Assembly (NCBI GenBank): GCA_049724395.1
Contig: JAUGWO010000123.1
Span: 1-64,000, forward strand
Direction: 5' to 3'
DNA from: Spongospora subterranea f. sp. subterranea
Lineage: Eukaryota
DNA: 64,000 bases
Shown here one piece after another: positions 35,002 through 46,032 of the stretch; position 1 is the stretch's first letter; each line of letters opens with the position of its first letter. Position numbers and translations under genes: made by a program. Below the pieces are notes generated by a model that was not told where the DNA came from, ran no database searches, and saw nothing but the letters and a program-made list of their open reading frames with translations.

Positions 35002-36683
35002 TGGGAGAGATGATCGACTAGGGCCGCTATATCGCTGTGTGTCTGGGATTTGGCGATTCGGCTGGAGACACGCTGCCGGTCGACCTGATGGTGGTTATGA
35101 AGCGGTGAGTGAACGCCCGGCGGCCACGTTGGGCAGGTCCGCACGGACTACCAGGGGTGGAACATTATCTCCACTGTAATCCAGTGGTCTCATGGCTCCA
35201 CTTAACTGTATGCCATCCTACACTGACCAGCCGCACTCCTGGACTGTACGCAGGGTCAGAGGCCCCGGTGATTTCCAACTGCAGTGCAGTACAGTCGCAC
35301 TACAGTATTATATACACTATCACTGTACACATGATGAAAGTGCGCCACTCAAAATCCGGGTTTTTGAGTAAAATCGGTTATTTTTTGAAAATGACTGGTT
35401 TGGTTGCCAAATTTTCAACTCAGTCATTATTGCTCAGATTGGGCCCGGAATAGGCTCATTCAACTGGTTCTTGTAGGTGCGATTGCAATCATTGAACATT
35501 GGTTTGTGGAGATGGCGACCGAGTATTACGAGGTCTGAACCATTCTGCGCATTTGAATACACAATTGGTTGTAATCGTGACACGACTGAACAAGCTCGCC
35601 GTTGCCGCTAAGAAAGTGAGAGATGTAGCGCCCATGAAGTGTGCTATCTCATCAACCATTTCGACGATTGCGGCTGTTGCGGGAGTTCTCGTTCACCTGT
35701 CTGATAAGGATCTATCTGATGACAAAGACCAAGCAGACAACGAATCGCCTTGGGAACAAGACGTCGGCTCGCTCTGAGTATTGGTCGGACAGCGAATCCG
35801 AACAAAATCAAACTGTGTCAGCTGCGCCGGTGCATGCGTTTCCATAGGGCGCTCATAAACGTCGCCGACGATCTGATGGAACTAGTGAAAGAACATGGTA
35901 CCGGACAAATGAGAGGATCAAGAAAACTCGCCAGAATAATCACAGCGTTTTGGACTTCTTTCAACGGAATTTTGAACCGGCAATGGCCACACCCTCGAAT
36001 GAGGACGTAAGGCTGCCGTCTGGCGATGGCGACGTTGCCCCCACCACCGCTGTTTGACGATGAGTATATTTGTGAGATCCTGGAGAACAACGCTGGTGTT
36101 GTACCTTCATCAGATATATCGGAATATACTGTAGTTGCAATACATTTACCGAGAAGGACGAGAAATTTCTTAAGGACTCGATCAAGCAGAGGCAGAATTT
36201 GGCAAATCAAGGGTCAGTTGAGTTAGAGTTATACTGTATCTTTTACAATTCATCCTGATATGGCGATGAAGGTGAATGCATTGTGATATTGAGGACGGCC
36301 GAGCACTTTGTACGACATCAAGTAGGAAAACAGATGAGCAGCAGCAAGGGTTCATCGTTGGCCGCTGTTAACATCTTGAACACGAGTAGCTTATATTGAG
36401 CACGCAAGGTTCGGGAGAGTGCAATTGAGTTCAAACGTACCGGGGATATTGTGCACTCAAGACAGGGCAAACAATCCAAATAGCAACGGATAATCGATAT
36501 TGATTGGGTCCGCCGTGATTTTCAAGCCATGGCCGAGGAGCGTCGCCGATTGTCGACAAAGTCCTTTCATTTTGTGTTGAGTAATGACTTAGAATCGAAT
36601 GGCTTTGAAACGGTGTTAACAAAAACGTCACGAAAATAGGTGACGACCGATTCACGATTTCGGCGTCACAACCGTAAACTACA

Positions 36684-37819
36684 CCATCTTAACCCGAAAA
36701 TAACACATGGTGTTGAGTTTGAAATTCCCTAAATTTTTTATTAAATTGAAGTTTCTGCCAAAATCTAAATACAACACCACTTCCAATACAACACCATGGT
36801 GCTGTATTCGAATAGTACACCTGGTTTTATTATCGTATCAGTCGTAGAATTTGACATAGCTTGATGGGGGAATTCGACATCGCTGGACTATTCTGGCATC
36901 ATTCGGATACCATAGTACCCTTTTGATTGTTCGAGTTCAACATCCTGAGTAGCCGCAGGAACTGCATACAGAACCGAAGACGTGGCCTCTGCGTTTACGA
37001 CTTTGATATTCCAATTCTTCTTGATTGAAACGGCATAAATCTCCAACTCCTCTGCGGCAGTATCTTGCTCCAGTTCAGCATAATATGATTCACTGGTAAT
37101 GTCTTGCAGCTCTGGAACCGATCTCATGAAATGCAAAAGCTCCGTTTTGTAGTCTTCCCAAGCAGACTCGTTGCCATCCACTTCACGTGCGATGCACATG
37201 TATAAGCTCGCCTTTTCCGAATCGGGTAAATACCAGTTTGGAGGTTCGAATGTTTCTTCAACCAGTACTGATTCGGTATCAATATAGGACGAGTACAGAT
37301 CATTCCAGGAGTCGAGATCAAAGGAAGGCTCGAAGAGCGCTTTCAGTGGCGGATGCAGCAGGCTAAGATCAAACGACCTTTTAGGTACAAGACCACAAAT
37401 CAAAAAAGCGTTTGTAATTTGTTCGACTGTTTTGGTTTTTGTCAATTCAACGATCCAGTGGAAGACAGATATATTTTTTTGATAATTGTGGTCTTGTACC
37501 TAAAAGGTGTTTTGATCTTAGCCTGCTGCATCTGCCACTGAAAGCGCTCTTCGAGCCTTCCTTTAATCTCGATTCCTGGAATGATCTGCCTTTATCGTGT
37601 AACTTGTTCGTTTCGGTGGCATTACGAGCTTGATGGATCGCCCTGACCGTGACACAGCTTGTGAACGACGAGCACGACACTACCTTCTTCACCACCAGAC
37701 CGGGGCTGTGCTACAGTACCAGGCTCAACATAAAAGTTGTTTACTAGAATCTCAATAAAACACCATGGTGTTGTTGTATTCGAATAGAACGCCACGGTGC
37801 TATTTTCGGGTTAAGACGG
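36684..37819 (-). mobile_element. Non-autonomous pogo-like TIR element (internal deletion derivative)
   Basis: TIRs ccatcttaacccgaaaataacac and gtgctattttcgggttaagacgg, TA at the right end, and subterminal acaccatggtg...gtattcgaatag repeats. Retains ORF 36888..37445. Confidence 0.8.
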
Positions 37820-37866
37820 TAGGCGTTTATATTGACGGGCACGATCGAGCTGATGTTTAGGAATAT

Positions 37867-39020
37867 TTGCATACAGAGTTCATCCCATTCATGGACTCAC
37901 TCGAGGGTCGACGTCGCAGCTATATTGGTGACGATATGCAAGTCGAAATCGGGCCTGAGGATGTTTCACTACCGGAGATTCGCGTGGGTTTTCATGCCGA
38001 GTCTGTGTATTACACAGCTGATGCTGAAAAGTTCTATTATTCCCATGTTGGTGATCAGGAATTACGTAAAAAAGGTCTCGGTTGAAGCCTGCACGTCTCC
38101 GATTTCATGTTCAAAAGATTGCGGATTCCATGATGTTAACAAACATGTGTCACCGATCCGTGATGAGTACATCAGGAGCACTGGAATGTGGCCATCACTG
38201 ACTAAATCTCGGGTTATTATCCATCCGGGTAAGAATTCCCGATTGTTGGTGGGACAACGAGCAGCTTTTGGCACAGGTCGCTCACCTACTCAATCTATTC
38301 GAGATGGCGTATCTAAAGGATGTTGCGTGCCTAATTTTCGATTGTTCGGCCAATCACGGAGCATTTGCTAAAGATGCTCTGGTGGCCAACAGCATGAACG
38401 TGAATCCTGGGGGGTAAACAGGCCTCAATGCGCGTAACATCGTTTGTACACGCTTCGCAGCGCCATTTGTCTGTTGCACAGCAGGAATTGATTCAGCTAA
38501 ATGATCTTCCCGGCGGATCATCCGCACTTCCCGTCAATGGCCAAGGGTATTCTTGCTGTTCTGCAAGAGCGTGGTCTGGCTGTCTCAGGCGAGAACCTGG
38601 CAAAGCTGCGCGTTGAATGCAAGGCATCGGATGTATCGACGAACACGTTGCTGCTTGCATTCGATGATCAGTCTTGAGCCAGATTTCGTCAACGAGCAGT
38701 CCGCAATCAAGAAGTTGATGGCTAATCGTGGTCATTTGTGCCAGTTTCTGCCAAAATTTCAATTTTGTGAGCTGAATCCCATTGAGTGTGCGTGGGGTGA
38801 TTCGAAGCGGAAATGTCGAGAAGAGTGCGACTGCAGTTGGGAAAATCTTAAGGCTCGCGTTCCCGATGTGCTTGGCGCCATCCCTATCTCACGAATTTGC
38901 CAATGGTTCCGTCTCGAGGAACGCTTTCTGGACGCGTACAAATGTGGCCTTGACAGGGCGATTGGCTGATTTCGCAACGCGTAAGTATCGATCACATCGA
39001 TGTCTCCCCGATTCGATTGC
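37867..39020 (+). pseudogene. Degenerate IS630/Tc1-like DDE transposase
   Basis: ELRKKGLG, IHPGKN, EPDFVNEQS, FLPKF..CELNPIECAWG, RKYRSHR. Multiple disruptions. Confidence 0.7.
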
Positions 39021-39639
39021 CGCCGAGAAGAACGAGCGTCGTGTTTCACGATTAGCGTCTGAATACAGGTCAAATGTTCTGACAAATCTGCTGGCCATCA
39101 CATCACGGAATTCCCACGCTCAACGATCAGCGACTTTATTGCAGTGCAAACTTCTTCATGTTATATCTCTGGAAATAAAACTCTTCAGAAGTCGATGTTT
39201 TGCTCATTGGAACCGGCTCGTCGAGATCTTTCATTTGCTGTATTTTGTTCTATACGAACACTTTTTTACCATAGTGCCAATTTAAAAAAGGGCCGTTTTT
39301 CAAATCGCTACTGCGTCATGGATTTTGTCCGTTGGCAAAAAACGAATTTTCGAATTGTTCTATCTGATGAGAGCTAAGACCTCCAGCCTCAAACGTTGAG
39401 TAATCTGTATATCAAAATCCATGAAACCGTGCCCCGCACCATACAAAAATATCGGTCGGATGAGTCGAGGCGCTATAGGCTTCTCACACTGTATCCAACC
39501 TAATTCGCTTGGCATATCCGCAGGGCCCATTCGCAGCAGTTTTGAAAATGCACTGCGAATATGCCCTGTTTTTTCTGTAGGCCCGTTTTAAACCAGGCAT
39601 AAAATGGCTGCCAAACGCGCGACGGCAATCGCCACTGCG

Positions 39640-39865
39640 TCGAAACCGGTCCTGAGCGTCCCTGATTTTTGCACTGTGCGAGACTGTAAACAGAAACAGT
39701 GCTAGCATTTCCTCGACATCCATGAATTTGGTAGGAGCCACACCTGCATGCACCATCCTGGGGAAATTCAACCACAGTATTTCGCTTGAGTTGAGCTGGA
39801 CATTGAATGAGTTCAGTGTCAGGCTCTGTTGCGTCGAGTACATAAGGCTGGCACATATTTATCAA
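39640..39865 (-). pseudogene. PIF/Harbinger transposase N-terminal fragment
   Basis: DVEEMLALFLFTVSHSAKIRDAQDRFRRSG matches the Harbinger EEQLAIFL...RFQRSG pattern. Confidence 0.65.
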
Positions 39866-40190
39866 CCTCTCGCGTTTATGCCGTTTTTTATGGTTTCAAA
39901 CGGTCTGGCAGTTTCCCATTGCTGTTGTTATAGAATCTCAATCCATGATGAACAACATTTGGAGTTGTCATCACGTGTCGTTTACCACAAGGCAACACCA
40001 ACTCGGTTTTCGCATTCCCTCTGGTATGGATAAGATATTTCGACATGTTTTATTGATGAACCAACTTTTGATTTGGATTGACTACTTTTTGGCACATTCT
40101 CCAGCACCAGAATCGTTGTTGATCAGTTTTCGTTCGATGTCATTGAGTTTGCTCTTAAGCTGAACGCTTCACGATGCACTTTTTACCTAC

Positions 40191-40540
40191 TTGAAGCCAA
40201 ATATTGTGGAAAAGACCTATTCAGAACACGGCTGCCGTCATGATTCTTCAAGGATATCTGCATTCACCAACATGCCCGTTCCAAGCACCGCTGCTGATTT
40301 AAGAAATTTATATTGCGCATCTACATGTCTAAGTTCGCATGTTCCTGAATTCGAACCGCTCGTTCAGCCCCTCCGACAATAATTCGAAAACCTGAAGGCT
40401 GGAGCAAAGCAACGCAACAAGTTCGCTGTTCGTAAGATTTTGATACCTTTTTTTGGATGGGATTCAATCCATAAAGACTGCTTTAGAGCAACCATCAAAG
40501 CAAGATCTCATTCTGTTCCTTTATCACTTGCAAAGAAGAT
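40191..40540 (+). pseudogene. Gypsy RT/connection fragment
   Basis: SEHGCRHDSSRISAFTNMPVPSTAADL...LVQPL aligns with SPEGVTYDNSFIQALLDMQPPIHGDDL...LTHPL in the adjacent element. Confidence 0.6.
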
Positions 40541-41050
40541 TCAATTCGCTGTATAGAACATCTCTCAGGATGAATTTGCTCCCCTATAACGCCTTCACCA
40601 CTCCAACGAACCGGTTCAGATCCCGATAATTGTTCCGCCGTCTCCTAACGCGATCTCGGCCGGTTCCTCCAGATCACAATAGTCGCGAATGATGTTCAAC
40701 ATTTGTCGAGTGGCGCTGTCATTGACCCAAAGAAAATTTTCCTCAGAACTGTGTACTTGTTCCGTTCTTGCTTTTAAAGCATTTTCCTTTGGCGCCGGGA
40801 CCTCCGACTATCTCTCGACCGGTTCTACAACGCCCCCACCCGTTATTCATGCAACGCTCTCCTTCACCGCCTCCTTGCTCTGCCGCTTGTCCTTTGGCGT
40901 TATCCCCAGAGTACGAAGAGATCCTCCTAAGTGCAACTTCAGAGTTCAATTGAAAAAAACTCGTTCTGCTTCTTGACTTTTCCTTGATCAATTTATACAG
41001 TAGCTGTTCATCCTTGTTGGCGTCTTGCCATGTGGACTTAAATCGTATTG

Positions 41051-44000
41051 TGTGCAGGGTCCGGCTGACTATTAGGTTGGCAATAGTAAACAGAACTGCT
41101 TTTATTCGGTAGCTTAAGTAGGTCCGTAAGTGCATTGGGGCTGCAGTTCTGTACATTCCCCCTGTCTAAAATGGTTAGTTCAGGTTGCTGCAGCAGGATA
41201 TGGATAGTGGGTCTGTTCGGGCCTGTTAAAATTTTTTCAGAAGAACGGGAACATCATCTTTCAGGTTTTCGAGCGGCTCCCAAGTTGTATCCTGGGCTTC
41301 AAATCCACTCCACACAACTTGCACCTCGATGTCACCAGTGTTGTTGTTGCGCCGAATGTCTCGCAAATCTTCAACTACATAACCTTGTCCGTCATGAGCT
41401 ACTTGGTTGTACAGCTCTTCAGTTACGTTGAGGCTGGAATCGTCGTAAAGTTTCAGTCTTACCGCATGCACATTTTCAATGGCTTTTGTAATTAAGTCCT
41501 GAACTTGGTAAACATGATCATTCACGGTTCCTACGATTTGTGAAGGTCTCTGCCACGCTCCGCGAAGTTTATGCTGGGTGTTTCGATGAAGATTCGACGC
41601 AACTAGCACGTAATCGCCAATACAAAAATTCATAGGAATAACTTGCCGGCGTTTGGAATGTGTCCTGTGTGACTGTTGACGCTGAATCGTTACGTTTGAT
41701 TCGACGTTTCGATGAATACGATCGCATGCGTCCCTCAGCTCGCATGTCATTTCGTTGATTGCTTCTGGGGTTAACGAAACTTCAGCAATCTTATCTAATC
41801 GTTCAATAAAAATAGTTGAGATTAAGGTAGATGGTTGTAGGCCAGTCATAATCGTAACAGGGGCATAGCCGATATGGGAGCGAACGCGGTGATTCAATGC
41901 CATATTGACCAATGGTAGGAGACAGGGCCAATCATGAAACGATAATCGGAACTCGGAGATAAGGGCACGTAGAACAAATAGGAGCAGCCTGTTGACAACT
42001 TCTACTGATCCGTTTGCCCAAGGAGTATAAGCTGTCGTGAAATGATGGCTAATGTGAAGTCTTGAGCATAGATCGGACACCACTTGGTTCTTAAAGTGTG
42101 TGCCTTGGTCTGATACATGGGTAAAGACGATTCCGAATCTCTTGAACCAATCTATGAGTCCATGAACTGTAACGTAATGATCGGCTGATTCGCAGGGGAT
42201 CAATTCAATAAATTGACTTAGATCGTCTTTTAACACCAGGACGTACTCGAAAGAATGTGAGTGGTTTTTCGGTACTTTTCCTATAAATAAAAAATCGTAG
42301 TGGATGACCTGGTTGGGTCTGGATGCATGGATTGCATGGCCAAAGGGCCTTGGAACAACTTTTCCACGGAGACGAACACAATGGATACAGCGTTCAACTA
42401 CGCTAGAAACGAATTCCTTCATGTTTTTCCACCAAAAAAATGATTCGATAGATTTGAGTGTTGGTTCTTTAGCTTGATGACCTGATAGGCCGCTGTGTGC
42501 AATTATGGAAATTCGGAGACGAAGATTGGAACCTGAATTGGTTGGGATCCACAACTTTCCTTCAGCGGTTTTCCATATCTGGTCGCTACCATCCCACAGC
42601 AGTGATTGATTATCGATCGAGATGTTAGGTAGGTGTTGAGCATCAGAATGAGACAGATACGTTGCTTGAACTGTAGCAATTTCATGCAAAGATGGCCAGA
42701 TGAAATTCTTCGAAATGGGTTGAATGAGGATTGGGGCCTTGAATGCTTTAAGTTGAGCGTCAATAGATATTTTTGACTTTCCCCATCGAGTAAAAAGATC
42801 TGCCCAAACATTCTCGTTTCCTTCAACATGTTCAATTATGTAAGGAATGTTTGCGAGTTGGAGTTGCCATCGCTCAAGTCGGTCCGCAGTATGCCGCGCG
42901 ACATTGGTGCAGCGCTTCATTGGGTTGAATATATACATTAAATTCCGATGATCCGTATGAATTCGGACCGGGTTCGATCCTATCAAGAAATGACGAAGGC
43001 GGAATATACCTTCGATAATAGGATACGCTTCTTTTTCTATGATAGCCCATCTGAGGCTATTAGCGCGAAAAGTGCCAGAAAGGCATGCTAGCAATTCGTG
43101 TCGTTGTTCGGTGAGCGGTAGATTTATATCTTCAGGAGGAATCTGTGTCAGGACAGCCGACCAAAAATCTTGAGAAGCATCGGGAAATAAGCATGTTAAC
43201 CAGTCGCTTTTCGGATGAGCAAGCCTCGTAAGACCAGCAACACATTCCTTTATCATTTTGAAAGATTCTTGGTGTGATGCATTCCATCCAATATCTGCTA
43301 ATCGGATACGTCGCAGCACGGTTTTCTTACAGCTTTGCACCGTTCGTGTAGTTGTCAGGAGGAGATCTTGGAGAGGATGTGTTAGTTCATTGAAATTAGG
43401 TATACTCTTCCGAATCCAGTTTAGGGCACAGACGAATTGTTGTAGGTCATCGCCATGAATTGGGGGCTGCATGTCCAAAAGAGCTTGAATAAAAGAATTG
43501 TCATATGTGACTCCTTCAGGCGAAATGTTATGACCAGCCCATTTGACTGTTTCGGCATAAAGATTGCATCGATCGGGATTACATTTGATACCTCTTTTCG
43601 CCATTTCGAGAAGGACTTTGCTGAGCACAACCATATGTGTCATTGGAGAATTCTTGTTTGCATATGCTAGTACATCGTCAAGCCATAAGAGAGCGCATTT
43701 GTACAATAAATCACCCAAAACTTGTTGCATCCCTGATTGAAATGTTGCAACTGAGTCAATGATCCCTTGAATTAAGCGACGCGGTGTGAATACTGCTTCG
43801 TGCGTCATGAAAGAACACATTTCTTGGGAGTCTAAGTGCAATGGGAACTGCCAATAGCCTTTAAAACAATCTAATAAGATATACGATGTAGCATCACGAA
43901 GATAACCTAAAATGATGTCTATATGAGGCATGGGCCAGATAATAGGCTCGATCTGCTTGTTGATTTCCACAGTGTCGACTGTCATCCTATAACCTCTTTT

Positions 44001-46032
44001 GTCAGGTTTTGGAATAACTAGGGCGGCGGAAGCGTCTCGACTCTGTGGGTTTCTGTAGATATAATTATTCTTTTCAAGTGCATTTGTATGCGCATGCATG
44101 AATTCTTGGTATGGAATAGGATATCGACGGAGCTTACAGCGAAAATGCGTTGCACCAGGTTTACGATGTAGCTTCTGAGCAGAAACTTTAGCGGGAGGAT
44201 CGTTTCCAAGACTCGTACGCCAAATATCATATCTTGAAACTAACGTAGTAAGTTCATTGCGCGTTGCTGGTATACCACTCTTTATCGCTCTATCCACCAT
44301 ATTCTTGATAGCTGAATCAGTCTCAAACTTATCCTCATCTCCTATTGGAATAATGTAATCAAATCCAGGTTCAGGATACTCAGAATCATGTTCGGTCATT
44401 CGCTTTGACTGAATCGGTGCGCGATCACTGTCAGCGGGTTCATGTGGATCTGGGCCGATAGTAATGTTGTTTTCGCTGGCTTCTTTGAGGATCTCGTCCA
44501 GCAGGAGTTCGGGATCGATTCCTAGCTTTCGTAGTTCCGGCTTTCCAATAAGAACAGTCTCCATGTCTTCGTCCACGACGTTAACAGCAGTTGACCGGAA
44601 ATTTACGGTACCTGCTTTTGTTGATAACGTCAAATCTAAATATGCCACTTGCCTGATTGTTGCAAAACTATCGCTTGTAGCTAGTTTGCACTTTAGTGGT
44701 GGCGTGATTGTTTGAATCATGACTGGAACTTTATCAGTAACCATATCTAACATCCGGCGGCAGATAGTAGTCTTATAAGACCCATCGTCCAATTCGAACG
44801 GGAGGTGAATCTTATCCTGAATCAGCACACGGTTACTAACGCAATAATCAGATGTTGGGACAAGTTTCTTAGACTGCATATTTGCTTTCGTGAGGTTCAG
44901 CTTATCGAACGCGGCTTTGCGCTCCTCAGGGGTACATTTAGTGCATACTTGTAGCCAATGTTTTCCGCCACAATGTAGACAACCACCATCTGGAGGGTCT
45001 CGACTGCCATATCGCTTCAGTGACGCAGCTGAGATTACGCTATTATTCGGTTGTAAATTCGGCATGTTCGGTTTCAACGATTTGGACTTTTCGATAGTTT
45101 TCATCGTGCGACTTTTCTGTCGTTCAGTGTCCGGGTGAGTGTTCAGTTGGTGTACTTCATGCTGTTGTTTCGCTTTTGATGTGAGCAAGTCAAAAAAATC
45201 AGCTTCATCGCTTTTCGCCTTTTGATGGTCGCCAAATGAGATCGCGTGCTCAATCATGTCGTGTAGGGTTGCTGGTCGAACTCCGGCACGTAGGTATTTA
45301 ATTTTTAGCTTGATTCCTTCGTCGTCCTTGAACACATGCTCTAGGCCGTTATCTGCAATAAAATCGTCAAATTTGGCGAAATAAGCTAGAACTCGTTCCG
45401 CAGGGTTTTTGAGTGACAGGTTCATGATGATTTGTTTCCTAATTGTAGCCTCGATATCTTCGTGGCAATGCTCAGTCGCTTGTTCTTGCAGCTTCTTAAG
45501 GTACACATCCAGGTCTGAATCCGTAAGCTGGTCAACTGGCTTTTTTAAAACATATTTGGATATTGCTTTGAGTTTGCTTAAGTCAAAGCTACTTTTCAGT
45601 GAGACGGGTTGGACTTTGTCGCCATGTAATTCCCTCCGTTCTGTGATTAGTGCCAGATACGATTCGCGTTCTCGGCGAAATACAGCGATCGCCTTGGGGT
45701 CAAAAGCCTTGATGATCGGTGGTTTTAAGGGAAAAAATATTGGTGTCTGGCCGGCTATGACATGCTCGGCTATGGATTCTGGTTGTGGATAGGCAGGGTT
45801 GGCACCCTGATCGGAGTCGGCGTCCATGCTCCTGGTTTGGGCCATGAACTTCGGGGCGTGGGTTTGTCGCCTGTTTGCAAGTTCATCTGGCAAAGCTAGA
45901 TGCCAGGTAGTCTGCTATAAAACGTTTTGTGCAGGGTCCGGCTGACTATTAGGTTGGCAATAGTAAACAGAACTGCTTTTATTCAGTAGCTTAAGTAGGT
46001 CCGTAAGTGCATTGGGGCTGCAGTTCTGTACA
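41051..46032 (-). mobile_element. Full-length Ty3/Gypsy LTR retrotransposon with chromodomain
   Basis: 105-bp LTRs at 41051-41155 and 45928-46032 (1 mismatch, TG...CA); PPT at 41156-41169; one uninterrupted polyprotein ORF. Confidence 0.96.
41226..45845 (-). CDS. Gag-Pol polyprotein (gag, CCHC, PR, RT, RNase H, IN, chromodomain)
   Basis: CLHCGGKHWLQVC, LDDGS, LWLDD, FPDAS, EKEAYPI, TDHRNL, SDQGTHF, WSGFEAQDTTWEP. First ATG at 45845. Confidence 0.93.
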   Translation of the reverse strand: MAQTRSMDADSDQGANPAYPQPESIAEHVIAGQTPIFFPLKPPIIKAFDPKAIAVFRRERESYLALITERRELHGDKVQPVSLKSSFDLSKLKAISKYVLKKPVDQLTDSDLDVYLKKLQEQATEHCHEDIEATIRKQIIMNLSLKNPAERVLAYFAKFDDFIADNGLEHVFKDDEGIKLKIKYLRAGVRPATLHDMIEHAISFGDHQKAKSDEADFFDLLTSKAKQQHEVHQLNTHPDTERQKSRTMKTIEKSKSLKPNMPNLQPNNSVISAASLKRYGSRDPPDGGCLHCGGKHWLQVCTKCTPEERKAAFDKLNLTKANMQSKKLVPTSDYCVSNRVLIQDKIHLPFELDDGSYKTTICRRMLDMVTDKVPVMIQTITPPLKCKLATSDSFATIRQVAYLDLTLSTKAGTVNFRSTAVNVVDEDMETVLIGKPELRKLGIDPELLLDEILKEASENNITIGPDPHEPADSDRAPIQSKRMTEHDSEYPEPGFDYIIPIGDEDKFETDSAIKNMVDRAIKSGIPATRNELTTLVSRYDIWRTSLGNDPPAKVSAQKLHRKPGATHFRCKLRRYPIPYQEFMHAHTNALEKNNYIYRNPQSRDASAALVIPKPDKRGYRMTVDTVEINKQIEPIIWPMPHIDIILGYLRDATSYILLDCFKGYWQFPLHLDSQEMCSFMTHEAVFTPRRLIQGIIDSVATFQSGMQQVLGDLLYKCALLWLDDVLAYANKNSPMTHMVVLSKVLLEMAKRGIKCNPDRCNLYAETVKWAGHNISPEGVTYDNSFIQALLDMQPPIHGDDLQQFVCALNWIRKSIPNFNELTHPLQDLLLTTTRTVQSCKKTVLRRIRLADIGWNASHQESFKMIKECVAGLTRLAHPKSDWLTCLFPDASQDFWSAVLTQIPPEDINLPLTEQRHELLACLSGTFRANSLRWAIIEKEAYPIIEGIFRLRHFLIGSNPVRIHTDHRNLMYIFNPMKRCTNVARHTADRLERWQLQLANIPYIIEHVEGNENVWADLFTRWGKSKISIDAQLKAFKAPILIQPISKNFIWPSLHEIATVQATYLSHSDAQHLPNISIDNQSLLWDGSDQIWKTAEGKLWIPTNSGSNLRLRISIIAHSGLSGHQAKEPTLKSIESFFWWKNMKEFVSSVVERCIHCVRLRGKVVPRPFGHAIHASRPNQVIHYDFLFIGKVPKNHSHSFEYVLVLKDDLSQFIELIPCESADHYVTVHGLIDWFKRFGIVFTHVSDQGTHFKNQVVSDLCSRLHISHHFTTAYTPWANGSVEVVNRLLLFVLRALISEFRLSFHDWPCLLPLVNMALNHRVRSHIGYAPVTIMTGLQPSTLISTIFIERLDKIAEVSLTPEAINEMTCELRDACDRIHRNVESNVTIQRQQSHRTHSKRRQVIPMNFCIGDYVLVASNLHRNTQHKLRGAWQRPSQIVGTVNDHVYQVQDLITKAIENVHAVRLKLYDDSSLNVTEELYNQVAHDGQGYVVEDLRDIRRNNNTGDIEVQVVWSGFEAQDTTWEPLENLKDDVPVLLKKF

